Origin: Ranitomeya imitator
Taxonomy: Eukaryota
NCBI RefSeq assembly: GCF_032444005.1
Contig: NC_091288.1
Location: forward strand, 55,862,001-55,926,000
DNA: 64,000 nt
Direction: 5' to 3'
Positions 25,988 to 39,570 of this stretch are shown here, in pieces. Position numbers and translations under genes: made by a program. Every line of letters starts with the position of its first letter. The stretch's first letter is position 1. Under the pieces are notes generated by a model. It saw only the letters and a program-made list of their open reading frames with translations. It was not told the origin of the DNA and searched no databases.

Positions 25988-28600
25988 CTAGCTGAAGAGT
26001 CCGGCGTTGCCTGGGCATAGTAAATATCTGTGGTTAGTTATAGCACCTCACTTCTCTTATTTTCCCATCACGCCTCTCATTTTCCCCATCACATCTTTCA
26101 TTTTCCCTCTCACATCTCTCATTTTCTCCCTCACACCTCTCATTTTCCCTCTCACTCCTCTTATTTTCCCCCTCACTCCTCTCATTCCCCCCTAACACTT
26201 GTCATTTCGACCTCACATCTGTCATTTTCCGATCACTATTTTCCCTCACTCCTCTCATTCCCCCCTAACACTTGTCATTTCGACCTCACATCTGTCATTT
26301 TCCGATCACTCCACTATTTTCCCTCACTCCTCTCATTTTGCACTCACACCTCTCATTTTCACCTCAGTATATACATGTTTGTCATCTCCCTTATAGATAG
26401 TATACACCTGTATGTCATCTCATGTATATAGTATATACCTATATGTCATCTCCCCTGTATATAGTATATATCTGTGTGTCATCTCCTCCTGTATATAGTA
26501 TATACCTGTATGTCATCTCCTCCTATATATAGTGTTGTGAATTCTGTGGCAGAGCTCCCTCCTGTGGTCACAAGTGGTACTTCGGCTGGTTCTCTCTGTG
26601 AGCTTCTGTTGGTGGAGGAAAGTGGTACTGCGGCTTCTGAGTTTCCTTCCTCAGGTGATGTGGTGAAGTCGTTAGGTGCTTCTCTATTTAACGCCACCTA
26701 GTGCTTTGATCCTGGCTTCCAGTCAATGTTCTAGTATTGGACCTGTTTCCTCCTGGATCGTTCCTGTGGCCTGCTGCTCTGCATAGCTAAGTTCCTCTTT
26801 GCTATTTGTTTGCTGTTTTTTTCTGTCCAGCTTGTCTATTTGTTTTTTTCTGCTTGCTGGAAGCTCTGGGACGCAGAGGGTGTACCTCCGTGCCGTTAGT
26901 TCGGTACGAAGGGTCTTTTTGCCCCCTTTGCGTGGTTTTTGTAGGGTTTTGTGTTGACCGCAAAGTTACCTTTCCTATCCTCGCTCTGTTCAGAAAGTTG
27001 GGCCTCACTTTGCTAAATCTATTTCATCTCTACGTTTGTCTTTTCATCTTAACTCACAGTCATTATATGTGGGGGCTGCCTTTTCCTTTGGGGTATTTCT
27101 CTGAGGCAAGGTAGGCTTATTTTCTATCTTCAGGCTAGCTAGTTTCTCAGGCCGTGCCGAGTTGCATAGGCAGCGTTAGGCGCAATCCACGGCTGCCTTT
27201 AGTGTGGTTGGAGAGGATTAGGGATTGCGGTCAACAGAGTTCCCACGTCTCAGAGCTCGTTCTTGTTTTTTGGGTTATTGCCAGGTCACTGTATGTGCGC
27301 TGACCTCTATGTCCATTGTGGTACTGAATTACCTTTCACAACAATATAGCATATACCTGTATGTCATCTCCTCCTGTATATAGTATATACCTGTAGGTCA
27401 TCTGCTCCTGTATATAGTATATACCTGTGTGTCATCTCCTCCTGTTTATAGTATATACCTGTATGTCATCTTTTCCTGTATATAGTATGTACCTGTATGT
27501 CATCTCCTCCTCTATATAGTATATACCTGTGTGTCATCTCTCCTGTATATAGTATATACCTGTGTGTTATCTCCCCTGTACATAGTATATATCTGTATGT
27601 CATCTCCTCCTGTATTAGACCTCGTTCACACGTTATTTGGTCAGTATTTTTACCTCAGTATTTGTAAGCTAAATTGGCAGCCTGATAAATCCCGAGCCAA
27701 CAGGAAGCCCTCCCCCCTGGCAGTATATATTAGCTCACACATACACATAATAGACAGGTCGTGACTGACAGCTGGCGTATGTCCTATATGGTACATTTGT
27801 TGCTCTTGTAGTTTGTCTGCTTATTAATCAGATTTTTATTTTTGAGGGATAATACCAGACTTGTGTGTGTTTTAGGGCGAGTTTCGTGTGTCAAGTTGTG
27901 TGTGTTGAGTTGCGTGTGGCGACATGCATGTAGCGACTTTTGTGAGATGAGTTTTGTGTGGCGACATGTGTGTAGCAACTTTTTGTGTGTCGAGTTGAAT
28001 GTGACAGGTTAGTGTAGCAAGTTGTGTGCAGCAAGTTTTGCGCATGGCGAGTTTTGCGCATGCGTGTTCTCTCGGCGTGCGTGTCATCTGAACCGCACAG
28101 AATCTGCGCATGTCCGGATGTAACAGTACGCACAGCCTCTACAGGAGATGACATCGATATGCGTGTCAGCTGAACCGCACCACACTGCGCTTGCGCAAAC
28201 TATGCTGCTAACCTAGATACAGTGTTCGTGAAACCTGAACCACACAGGATCTGCGCATGTCCGGATGTCACAGTGCGCACAGTCGCTACAAGAGATGATA
28301 TCGATATGCGTGTCAGCTGAACCGCACAACACTGCGCTTGCGCAAACTATGCTGCTAACCTAGATACAGCGTAGTACTAATTGGTGCCTATACCAGCGCA
28401 GGAAACAAAAGTGGTGTGACTACAGAAGGGAGCGTGCGCCCTCATTAAGATAATTTATAGGTTATCAGTTATAGCAGTATTTGATACGGAAAGAAACTAA
28501 TATGTTTGGTGATATACTAACAAATCAATGAATAAAATTTACCGTGGGCCATGATAACTATACGATTCATTATACCAGATTTGGCTAGGAACCACAATAA
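25988..28600 (-). mobile_element. Helitron-like composite with minisatellites
   Basis: Minus-strand 3' end CTAG at 25988-25991 preceded by a GC-rich hairpin-like tract; contains a 34-bp minisatellite (26380-27610) and a ~150-bp tandem duplication (28090-28370). Right boundary uncertain. Confidence 0.5.
26533..27343 (+). mobile_element. Solo LTR related to the element A LTRs
   Basis: TGTTGTGAATTC ... TTCACAACA; ATATAG on both sides; interrupts the 34-bp minisatellite. Confidence 0.85.
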
Positions 28601-28605
28601 ATATA

Positions 28606-29574
28606 TCTAATATATAATTGCCTAGAATACTACTTCCTGCAATTTGTGCCAACTTCCTGTCCGGAGCTAATGTCCGGAGCTAATGTCCGGAGCTAATGTC
28701 CGGAGCTAATGTCCGGAGATAAGTGACGTCAACAGTGTCCAGTGTCTGATTGGTTGCCGCCTGCTGCGAGCGACCAATCAGAAACGTGCCGTACTGTGAC
28801 ACACTCCGCCCGCCATTTTGGTGTGATTTTTGAATTTTTACCTCACAGCAAGTTTCTACTGCGTGGAGGCGGGCCCAGTGACGTTGCTCTTCAAGCTCCT
28901 GCCGAATTTCGTCAAAAAAATGATAATACCATTTACCAAAACTATATATATTTAGTTGTGAAGTGGTTCAGTGACATTTTCACACCAATTTTGAACTTTT
29001 GTTTGGTGTTTTCTCCATATACTGCCTATTATTCACTGACTGTTATACTGAGAGACTGCCGTTTATTAACCTCTTCTTTGCCACATTGGGTATATTGCTC
29101 TATTATTTGCCACATAAGGACATTGTCCATTATTGCCCAGCAATTTCTCTGCAATATAAACTGCCTATTTAATACCTGATGGGCACACAAGTATGCGCCA
29201 GTATGGGTACTAAGAGCCTTTCCACATAATAATGAAATATTTTAAAATGTCATAGAACATACCAATATACATAGTTATTGATACATATTATTTATTATTT
29301 ACATTATTGTTCTTAAGCAAAGAACCGTTGTTGTGGCATTTGCCACAACACGCAAAGTTGTCGTCTGATGTCTTTCATCCCTCCCCTCATAAGCATGTTC
29401 ATGGATCCTGTGTAACTGTACCTTAAATAACAAGAATTGTCAAGAGCTGGTGAGTGCAGCCATTTTTTGTTCTTTCTTACTATTATTTATTAATTGTATT
29501 ATTCTTACATTTGAATAAATAAAGTATATATGGATTCTAGACTCCCGATTCTTTAGAATCGGGCTGCCATCTAG
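28606..29574 (+). mobile_element. Non-autonomous Helitron, copy 1
   Basis: A|TC 5' end, CTAG|T 3' end, hairpin CCCGATTCT-TT-AGAATCGGG just upstream of CTAG; internal 13-bp tandem TGTCCGGAGCTAA. Confidence 0.8.
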
Positions 29575-29837
29575 TATTACATATTATTATAAACCTATTA
29601 GCATAGCATGTAGGCTGATCACATGTATATAGTGCAGTATAGAATATTCTTAGAACCTTATTGATATAAACAAAAGTTGATGTCTCAGATAGCCACAGCT
29701 AATACTGTGTTTCCCCTTAACATATAGAGGATAAAATAGTAGCATGGTTAGCAACAGATTTCCATAGCCGGCAACCGCAAATCAAACTAAGCCCATCTCA
29801 CGGGACCCCAACCTTAAAGTAATACAAGTGGAAAATT

Positions 29838-29887
<50 letters not shown>

Positions 29888-29890
<3 letters not shown>

Positions 29891-30498
29891 CAAGAAGCAT
29901 GCATAGGAGACGTTTTCATTGAGGCCTCGTAGGGCTATGCAATTAATGCGATAGATCCATGCGCACTCCTTCTGTAGGAGGAGTCTATCAAAATCACCTC
30001 CCCTTGGATTCTGCGTATATACCTCAATGATGCTGAAGGATATGTTAACACTGCCACCATGGAAATCATTCATATGTCTGACTATAGGGGTATCACGCCT
30101 GTGCTTAATATCCCCCATGTGTTCCCCTACACGTCTCCTAAACTCTCTCCAAGTTTTACCCACATAGTCTTTTGGGCAGCTGCATGTAGCTATATAGATT
30201 AGTCCACTGGTTTTACAATTAGCGAAATCACGAATGTAAAACTTTTTTCCAGTTGAAGAGCTGAGGATAAATTTTCCTGGTCTCATAAATCGACAATTAA
30301 CACAGCCTCCGCATCTAAAAAACCCACATGTCTTACGGTCAAGCCAAGTTCCCAACGGGGTTGATCTCTTAAAATGGCTATGAACCAGATTGTATCGGTA
30401 CTTGTATTGACGTCTGAGATCTCACTATTAAGATGCATATGAGCCATCTCCACTGCCGTGTTTTTCACGCCAGAACTGACAGACCTTGCTCGTTAGTG
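29888..30498 (-). pseudogene. 5'-truncated PLE fragment (CxxCxxC linker plus GIY-YIG), second family
   Basis: FFRCGGCVNC, LIYIATCSCPKDYVGKT, RRRVGEH, KECAWI..GLN. Confidence 0.85.
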
Positions 30499-30500
30499 TA

Positions 30501-31044
30501 TCTAATATATAATTGCCTAGAATACTACTTCCTGCAATTTGTGCCAACTTCCGTGGCTTTGTCCGGAGCTAATGTCCGGAGCTAATGTCCGGAGCTAATG
30601 TCCGGAGCTAATGTCCGGAGATAAGTGACGTCAACAGTGTCCAGTGTCTGATTGGTTGCCGCCTGCTGCGAGCGACCAATCAGAAACGTGCCATACTGTG
30701 ACACACTCCGCCCGCCATTTTGGTGTGATTTTTGAATTTTTACCTCACAGCAAGTTTCTACTGCGTGGAGGCGGGCCCAGTGACGTTGCTCTTCAAGCTC
30801 CTGCCGAATTTCGTCAAAAAAATGATAATACCATTTACCAAAACTATATATATTTAGTTGTGAAGTGGTTCAGTGACATTTTCACACCAATTTTGAACTT
30901 TTGTTTGGTGTTTTCTCCATATACTGCCTATTATTTTTGTTCTTTCTTACTATTATTTATTAATTGTATTATTCTTACATTTGAATAAATAAAGTATATA
31001 TGGATTCTAGACTCCCGATTCTTTAGAATCGGGCTGCCATCTAG
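30501..31044 (+). mobile_element. Non-autonomous Helitron, copy 2 (internal deletion)
   Basis: Same termini and hairpin as 28606-29574; lacks the segment at about 29030-29465. Confidence 0.8.
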
Positions 31045-31562
31045 TTTGTCAATAAACGTTTCAAAACTTATGACATTATTTTAATTGTACTTCAGTAACC
31101 ATAGAAACATCTGTCTATAAGATTTAAATCACTCAAGCAGAAAAATGCAAAAAACAAAATCTATGTCAGTCGGAAAACTTTTGGCTACAACTCTGTTCAT
31201 GCATGACCCAATATTCAGTAATAGAGCACTGATGGATTATATAGTTTCACCTACATATCTTTGAATATGTCTGTTTCTGTCTGATAAAGCAACAGAAGGA
31301 AATATGGTCTTGTGCCATTTCGATACTACACCATGTAGCGTAGTGTCTACTGAATGATCACTACCATGTGGATGATTCTATTAAACAGGTAGAATTATTA
31401 ACCGAGTGTCTTTGGCGTGCTGAAAAAATATGTTTGAGTCCCCGCGGCTGCATGTCTCGCTGCTGTTACACATGCAGGGATTGTTAGGCAAGGGGACTTG
31501 AACATATTATCTGAGCACGCTGAAGACACTCGGTTAGGAACTGAGCATGCCCCTAAAAGGGC

Positions 31563-32240
31563 GCTAACAAGCCCCTTTATTTTGACCAATGAAAGGACAC
31601 GAACAAGTCCCTTTATTTTGTCCACGGGAAGGACACCAACAAGCTCCTTTATTTTGGTCAAGGGAAGGACACCAACAAGCCCATTTATTTTGTACATGGG
31701 AAGGATGCCAACAAGCTCCTTTATTTTGGTCATGGGAAGGACACCAGCAAGAAACTTTATTTTGTCCACGGGAAGGACGCCAACAAGCCCCTTTATTTTG
31801 GCCAAGGGAAGAACGCCAACAAGATCCTGTATTTTGGCCAAAGGAAAGATGCCAACAAGCTCCTTTATTTTGGCCAAGGAAAAGACGCCAACAAGCCCCT
31901 TTATTTTGGCCAAGAGAAGGACACCAACAAGACCTTTTATTTTGGCCAAGGGAAGAACACCAACAAGATCCTGTATTTTGGCCAAGGGAAAGATGCCAAC
32001 AAGCTCCTTTTTTTTGGCCAAAGGAGAGACGCGAACAAGCTCCTTAGTTTGGCCAAGAGAAGGACACCAACAAGACCTTTTATTTTGGCCAAGGGAAGGA
32101 TGCCAACAAGCCCCTTTATTTTGTCCACCTGGAAGGACGCCAACAAGTCCCTTTATTTTTGCAAAGGGAAGGACACCAACAAGCAGTATTATTTTGTCCA
32201 AGGGAAGGACACCAACAAGTCCCTTCATTTTGGCCAAGGC
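31563..32240. repeat. 36-bp minisatellite (about 19 units)
   Basis: Unit approximately CAACAAGCCCCTTTATTTTGGCCAAGGGAAGGACAC. Confidence 0.9.
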
Positions 32241-33346
32241 ATTTACAGTAGTCAGAGCTATAGTAGTAGACCAAACCTTGGCCACAAATGAAGAAAGAAA
32301 GCCGCTTTCTCTATGATGAATATACAGACAGAAATTCTGCTAAACATGGTGCTGCTCCTCCCTCTTATGTGGTGGGTTTGAAGTTTGTAACAAGTATCTT
32401 CTCCTGTGCCGACCACTAAAAAACTGACCTCAAGTGCTTGTTCTCCATTTAAAGAGGTTTTGCAGTTTCAGGAAAAAAATGGTCCCTGGCTGCCATTTGT
32501 TTTAATTAAAAACCCAACACATAATGAATTTCTCCTCACTCGCCCTCCCCAGGTCCAGCATTAAGTCACCACAACTACTCCCGGTGGGTGATTGCTTGCA
32601 GTACTGCCGACATCACTATAAACAATAACTGAGCTCAGCGGCTCTGACCAAGCTGACATCAAGAGCAGCTCATCTCACTAAATGGCGGCAGTGCTGTCGA
32701 TGTGACGTCAGCGCTGTAGACGATAACAGACAGCAGGAAACTCAAACAAACTGCAGCCACAGAACAGTTTTCCAAAACTAGAAAGCCCCTTTAAAAAGAT
32801 GATCTTCAGTAGCAGTGTATGTTAGGGTTCGCTCACACCATCATATTATCGGTCCGAGTGTAATCTGACAAAACATCCGATCGCACTCAGACCAATGTTA
32901 TTCTATGGGGCTGTCTGTGCACATGTCCTGAGCCAGTCCGTAGGGAAAAACAAAACAAAAAAAAACTGTAGGATGTCCGAGTTGGATCTGATATTCACAC
33001 TTGGCCATGCAAGTCAACGAGTGCGTGGAAAACATCGGACTGCACTTGGATGACCTCTGAGTGCAGTCTGATTTTCGCTCACTGATACAATGGAGAATAT
33101 GGAGACATTTTTTTTCCATCTTCTCCTCATCTGAAAGAATCGGATCAAACTATGATCAGAGTGTCATTAGCACAATCAACCCGATGGGAGAATTTATGGT
33201 CGTGTGACTCCAGCCTTATCCTAATTACTGCAGAAGATTGCGGCACTCCACTATTAAGAACATTGTCAGCCACCTAGAAGTGCTGTGCCCTGTATAACAC
33301 ACAGTAAGGAGAACATATTACAACAAGTCACAGTGCGTCCACTCAC

Positions 33347-33572
33347 CAAGTAAAAGCCATGGCTTGATGAGCCCAATCTGCAGGTCGAGGCTGAGGTCCT
33401 GCACATATCCACAGGCCGGTCCATCCTGCTGATCCGGATCATCCACCACTTGCACTAGAGAACCTTTCCAAGTCTCTATAATTCTCTTCCCGGATAAGGT
33501 TGTCACTCTCGTACATTGCTTCTTGAGTCTGTTTTTGGAGAAACCTTTGATTTCATCTCCAAGTGAGTGCAT
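33347..33572 (-). CDS. DUSP19: DUSP19 coding exon 1
   Basis: ATG at 33572; [35 protein letters not shown]...[11 protein letters not shown](G); donor GTGAGT; 226 nt. The spliced CDS totals 651 nt. Confidence 0.95.
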
Positions 33573-33675
33573 CACATGGGTGTTCAGTCCCCTAGAAGCA
33601 GCGGAGGATTAGGGGGTAGCACAGCTGCCCAGTATCCCTGCAGTGTCAGCTTCTGTCTGTGGGCACAAATTGCTG

Positions 33676-33682
33676 TTATATA
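33676..33682 (-). promoter_or_regulatory. DUSP19: Candidate TATA box for DUSP19
   Basis: TATATAA on the minus strand about 100 nt upstream of the ATG. Confidence 0.35.
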
Positions 33683-33886
33683 TTCTACACCGCCTGCCAT
33701 TGGGTCTTCTGTCACTAAGTCCCATTGGTTGCTCTGTACAACCCTCAATCCAGAAAAGTGAAGCCTGCAGCAACAAGAGGAACATTGCTGGCAGACACAA
33801 TACAGGAGCGCCCCCTGCTGGCAGCTTTGGTGCATCTATAGATGTGCACTTTGCTGCAGAAAGTCATTTGGTCCAGCTCACACTAA

Positions 33887-34610
33887 GGCTATGTGCACAC
33901 GATGCGGATTTTGCAGCGGATCTGCAGCGTTTCCGCAGCCGTGGATCCGCAGCAATTTCCCATGAGTTTACAGTACAATGTAAACTTATGGGAAACCAAA
34001 AACGCTGTGCCCATGCTGCAGAAAAAGCCGCGCGGAAACGCAGCGGATTATTTTCCGCAGTATGTCAATTCTTTGTGCGGAATCCGCAGCAGTTTTCCAT
34101 CTGCTCCAATAGAAAACTGCAGATGGAAAACCGCAGCGGAATCTGCAGTAGAATCCGCCATAAATGCGCATTAAAAACCGCAGCGGAAAAATCAGCAGTG
34201 GCCCATTCTACGTGTGCACATAGCCTGAGGCAATGTGCACACGTTGCGGGTTAGGCGTAGGAATTTCTGGTGCGGATTCTGCCTCTGCTGGCAGAAAACG
34301 CACCTGCGGTTCCGCAGCGTTTTTTGTGCGTTTTTGCTGCGGTTTTCTTGCGGCTTTGCTGCGGTTTTTACCCCTGCGGTTTTCTATAATGGAATGGGTA
34401 CAAAAATGCTGCAGATTCACAAAAAAGAAGTGACATGCTACTTCTTTTAAACCGCAGCGTTTCCGCAGCGGATTTTCCGCAAAGTGTGCACAGCATTTTT
34501 TTTTCTCATTGATTTACATTGTACTGTAAATCAATTGCGGATCTGCAGCGTTTCTGCACCACAAAAAACACTGCCGATCCGCAGAGAATCCGCAACGTGT
34601 GCACATAGCC
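33887..34610. mobile_element. Two abutting GGCTATGTGCACAC-family MITEs (33887-34225 and 34229-34610)
   Basis: Each has inverted termini; they are separated by a 3-bp TGA. Confidence 0.8.
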
Positions 34611-35184
34611 TTAGCAGCTTTGCTGCAGCTTTTCCTTTTTCATGGTCATTCTCACATGGTTGGAAATTCTCCAATAGTTACAAAGCTGCTGGCTGATTAT
34701 TTTCCCTCCTATGAGTAATTATTGAGTAATTGTAACGATATATTCACAATCACCTGTTAGGCCTCTTTCACACTACAGTCTTTCGGCGTCAGTCAAAAAC
34801 CGCCATTTTCGTGAAATGGCGGATCCGCCATTTTTTTTTGGCGGATCCGCTATTTTCCCATTGACTTGCATTAGAGACGGATTGTGGCGGATGGTCGTCC
34901 GTTCCATCCGCCATGCGACGGATCCATCGATATTTGGCGGACGTTGTCTAGACATTGACGGACTTTGTAACGTTTTTTGGCGCCGCCGAAAAGGCGGACC
35001 GCGGCGGATCCGTCGTGTCCGCCTTTTTTTAGAATGGGCGCCTATGGGCGACGGATCCGTCGCGATCCGCTTTTTGGCGGATCCGTCGCCTCAATCCGCT
35101 TTTTTTGATTGAGCATGCTCCAAAAAGTGGATACTTTGCCCAGACAACCCAAAAACTATATGAAGAGGACAGGTCATTCCCAAA

Positions 35185-35560
35185 TGTACCAGCCAGCAAG
35201 AGAGACCCTTCAATGCAAGAGAGACCCAGCCAGACCCTGCCAGCAAGACCTTGCCAGCCAGCCAGAGAGGCCCTGCCAGCTAGCCAGAGAGGCCCTGCCA
35301 GCCAGAGACACACTGCCAGACCCTGCAAGCAAGACCTTGCCAGCCAGGCCCTGCCAGCCAGCCAGAGAGGCCCTGCCAGCCAGCCAGAGAGGCCCTGCCA
35401 GCCAGAGACACACTGCCAGACCCTGCAAGCAAGACCTTGCCAGCCAGGCCCTGCCAGCCAGCCAGAGAGGCCCTGCCAGCCAGCCAGAGAGGCCGTGCCA
35501 GCCAGCCAGAGAGGCCCTGCCAGCCAGCCAGAGAGGCTGTGCCAGCCAGACCCTGCCTGA
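35185..35560. repeat. GC-rich tandem repeat inside the Harbinger element
   Basis: Iterations of GCCAGCCAGAGAGGCCCT and CCAGACCCTGC. Confidence 0.85.
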
Positions 35561-37356
35561 GACAGGCATGTGAGTACTGCCATCCAGCGTGCGTGCGTGC
35601 GTGCGTGTGTGTGCATTTGTGTATGACGTACTGAGTACAACAAGAGCTTTTAAAACCTGAATCCAACCTGAGGCCTGCCGTCGTCCTGCAACAGCCAGTG
35701 CCCTGCTACAGTCCAGATCCACCCCGAGGCCTGCCACTGTGAATATATCAAGCTCCAGCTGGAGGACTGATGGCCGTGTGTGTGTGTGTGTATTTTTGTA
35801 CTGCTGTGTGCTTTTGTATGTATGTGTTTTTACGTGCCTGCACCTTATTATGCCTTCGTCAATATTATGCCTTTTCATGTGTTATGCTTGCGTTATGACT
35901 CTGCTTGCAGGTATGTTTGTTTGCATCTTGTTGGTTGCATGTGCATTTGTCAATGCCATATTGGTTAATGTTGATTTTTGATGTATTTACTAAAGGTACC
36001 GTCACACGCTGCAGCGATACCGACAACGATTCGGATCACTGCAGCGTCGCTGTTTGGTTGCTGGAGAGCTGTTACACAGACCGCTCTCCAGCGACCAACG
36101 ATGCCGGTAACCAGGGTAAACATCGGGTAACTAACTGCAGAGCCGCGCTTAGTAACCCGATGTTTACCCTGGTTACCAGTGTAAAAGTAAAAAAAAAAGG
36201 TAAATTCCGCTGTCTGTCCCCGTGCTGTGCTTCTCTGCATTGTGAGCGCCATCCAGCCGTAAAGCAGAGTACAGCGGTGACGTCACCACTCTGCTTTCCG
36301 GCCGCTGTGCTTACACAGGGCAGAGAAGCAGAGCGCCGAGGGACAGACAGAAGGTGGCTGTGTGTGCGTGCGTGCGTGTGCCTGCCTGCCCTGTTTATAT
36401 GTTTTTCATACTATGCTGGTATTTTGAATAGCTGTGGTGTAAAATGTGTTTTGTGTGTGTGTATAAATGATGTGTGATGTGTTCTGCATCTTTGTTGTTT
36501 TCCATAATGTACTTGTATTTCAAATAAAGAGCAGTGTAGCTCCTACTGTACCCTAAAAAAAAGAAAATTTTAAAAAATATAGTAATAAAAATTTCACAAA
36601 ACTGTCAGTAGTCTCATTTCAAGATAAATGTAATATTGGGTAAACATGCAGTAAAGGTTATATATATAAATGTGTAATGCAAATCTTTGCTATAGAATAT
36701 GTTATCTGGTTTTAGAAAATACAAACTGTAGGGTAATCATAATTAACAATTTTGGGGATTGGTATTTTAATTTCGAATGAGGAACATTTTTTATAAGGTT
36801 AAACTTTGTTTAGGTGGGTTTTACCAGCATGCACATTGCGCATATCAAGTTCTAAGTAGTTTTGGTGTTGCTTTAAAGGGATTTTTTGGGGGTTTTTTCT
36901 TTGTGGGGAAACAGGAGGTAGAGGGTTTGGCAGCTTGTGCATATCAAGTTTGACGGTTAAGAATTTTTTTTTTCTTTTGTGGTGGGGGAAATCAAAAATA
37001 AGTTGGCACTGTAGGTACTGACCCAAGACGTACACAAGCAGGCTCCCCAATTTTTTTAAAAAGTTGTAAGTGTAAAGTCCCTACAGCTGCATCTATCCTT
37101 TTGTATAGTAGCTTAGAACTCTCTTTATACTTGCAGATTCTAGGGACCAAGAGGACCCAAGCAAGGGACCGACCGACCCAAGCTATACGCAAGCCCCAAG
37201 TTTTGGAAACAGATGTAAGTGTAAAGTCCTGAAAGCTGCATCTATCTATCTATCCTTTTGTATAGTAGCTTAGAACTCCCTTTATGCTTACAGATTCTAG
37301 GGACCAAGTGGACCCAAGCAAGGGACCGACCAACCCAAGATAGACGCAAGATCATA

Positions 37357-39158
37357 ATGTCTTCTTCTGAGAGCCCCCCAGCACATCATCAGCAAACTGA
37401 GGTGTTAATTTTTTTTCTTCATAAATTTTTTATTTTGGTGCAACAATGGCAATTGTATTTTAAGCCTTTATGTGTTTATTCTGTATTCACAGGAATATGA
37501 AGCAGAGGGGCTAACAGAAGGAGACGGACAGGGTGGAGAAATACAAGGAGCGGGAGCGCATAGTGTAAGTTTTGAACAGACCGATCCTCACATACAATGC
37601 ACTACACCCAACACAAACATTCAGCACAGCACACAATACATATGCCTCGATCAAAGAACATTATTAATTTTATTATTTTTTTTAAATTAGTCTTCACAAT
37701 CCGGGGCTCGACGTAGAGTTCCTCAAAGCACCTCCCATAGTCGTCGGAATGATAATCGCGGCGGTCGCCGAAGAGTAAGTTCCTTTTTGGTTTGGTGTTT
37801 AGTAAAATGTAAAATTCATGTGTTGTAATCTTTCCCTTTTTATTCTTATCTTTTTGTTAGGCTTCACAGCGTGCTCCCGAACAAGATGATGAAGAGGAGG
37901 GCATCGATGTGAACACCCTCATCGAAGCAGTACAAAGTCAGGAGCCGCTGTGGAACATGTCGGACCGCCGCCATGCTGACCAGTTAATCACCCGACGGCT
38001 ATGGGAGGAAGTGTGCAGTGCTGTTATGGATAACTGGGAGGAACTCGATGCTGGGGCCCAGGATCTAGCGCGTAAGTATTCACACTTCATAACCTTATGT
38101 TAGCATGATTTAATGTGGTGTATAGTAACCAATTTTTGCTTTCTCTTTCCAGGTAACAGGATTATCGTGCGGTGGCGGTCACTCAGGGATCGCTTCAAGA
38201 GGGAATTCAATAAGGAGATGCAGGCCCCGAGTGGATCTAGAGGACGCAGGAGCAGATACAAACATGCCAGAGCCCTGTCGTTCCTCCGGTCGACGCTGCT
38301 GAGCACAAGGTAAATATTCAACACCACATATTTTCAGTCAAACTGTAAAAATGTGTAACCTTCAATTTTTTTTGCAGCAAGGGCAATTGTAATATCCAGA
38401 TACTAATTTTTTTTTTCTTCTTTAACAGCACTTTCTGCAGCACTCGGGAGCCTGCATCAGAGTTGCACCCCTCTGGAGCGATCCCTCAAGAGTCCGCCAC
38501 CGGGGACCACGTCGACCCCTCTGTTTCTGCACCTTCCCTTTCGTTTGATCCCTCAGCCTCATCCACCAGCGCTGGAGCAGCAGGGCGGACTTCGTCACTT
38601 GAAGCTGCAGGTGATGAGTTAGAGTTCCCTTTACCCCACCCCTCTGCCACTGCCGCAACATCTAGACCAACTTTGTGGTCAGGACGGCAGCGCCAGAGAG
38701 GTCAGGAAAGGAGCTATGCGCCTGACTTTTTGCAGCTGAATGCATCCTTTCACAGTGCCATCAAGCTTTTGAGTGAGCAAACGTCTGCTGGGTACAATAT
38801 GCTTAACAAAAGCATACTTGAACTCAGCAGTCGTCTTGATAGGATGCAATCAGATGCAAACCAGTCACCAAGGCACTGTTTTTTTCAGTCGGTCCTCAGG
38901 CACATGGAAAATCTAACTCCTGACCTGCAGATGCATGTGATGCAAGGCTGCCACACTGCTCTAGCGCAGGCGATGTCCCATGCCCCTCCACCTACCCTTC
39001 ATGTGTCAACACCTTTCCCCTCTCAATCCACCGTCTATCCTCCCGTCCGTCCTCCTCCCGTCCGTCCTCCTCCCGTCCATTCTACTCCTTCGTCATTTGT
39101 TCCTTCCCCCCTTAGTCTTTCCCAGTTTTTACCGTCCCCTTCCATTCTTCCCCTTTAA
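37357..39158 (+). CDS. Harbinger Myb/SANT (MADF)-like DNA-binding protein, 6 exons
   Basis: Exons 37357-37401, 37493-37564, 37691-37774, 37861-38071, 38153-38309 and 38429-39158 have GT-AG boundaries and consistent phases; LIEAVQSQEPLWN...W..V...RWRSLRDRFKRE. The Pro-rich tail may be frameshifted (alternative end ...NYENL* near 39353). Confidence 0.82.
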
Positions 39159-39570
39159 CTTCTCCATTCCCAATCCCACCAACACCTTCATACCTCCCAC
39201 ACACCACATCTGCACCTCAACTCTCTACACAACCTCATGTTTTCACCACCCATTCCACTTCTGTTCCTCCCCGTGATGTCCTGTCCCCCACTCTCGGTCC
39301 GCCCTGTCAGCCCCTCCGCTACTATCTCCACCCCAAACTATGAGAATCTGTAAAAGTCAATAAATAAACAGTTTTTTGGTTTAAAAATAATTTTATTGTC
39401 TTTCTTTTTTTTTTTTTTGTAAGTTTTTAAGTCACCAAGGTTATGGCAATAGTAACAATAACAGTGTTTAAAGGGTACCGTTGCAAAACATACAATGCTG
39501 CATTAAAGTACAAAGATTTTGTAAGCAAACAAAAAATGGTATTTTTACAAGTGTAAAAAGAAAAAAATTT

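Noticed and set aside
28742-30988. Duplicated 145-aa and 114-aa ORFs (MSDWLPPAA...)
   Set aside because: Chance ORFs within two copies of a non-autonomous Helitron.
31398-32316. 295-aa and 272-aa repetitive ORFs
   Set aside because: Products of a 36-bp minisatellite.
35029-35878. Several Gly/Trp/Pro-rich ORFs
   Set aside because: Tandem repeat inside the Harbinger element.
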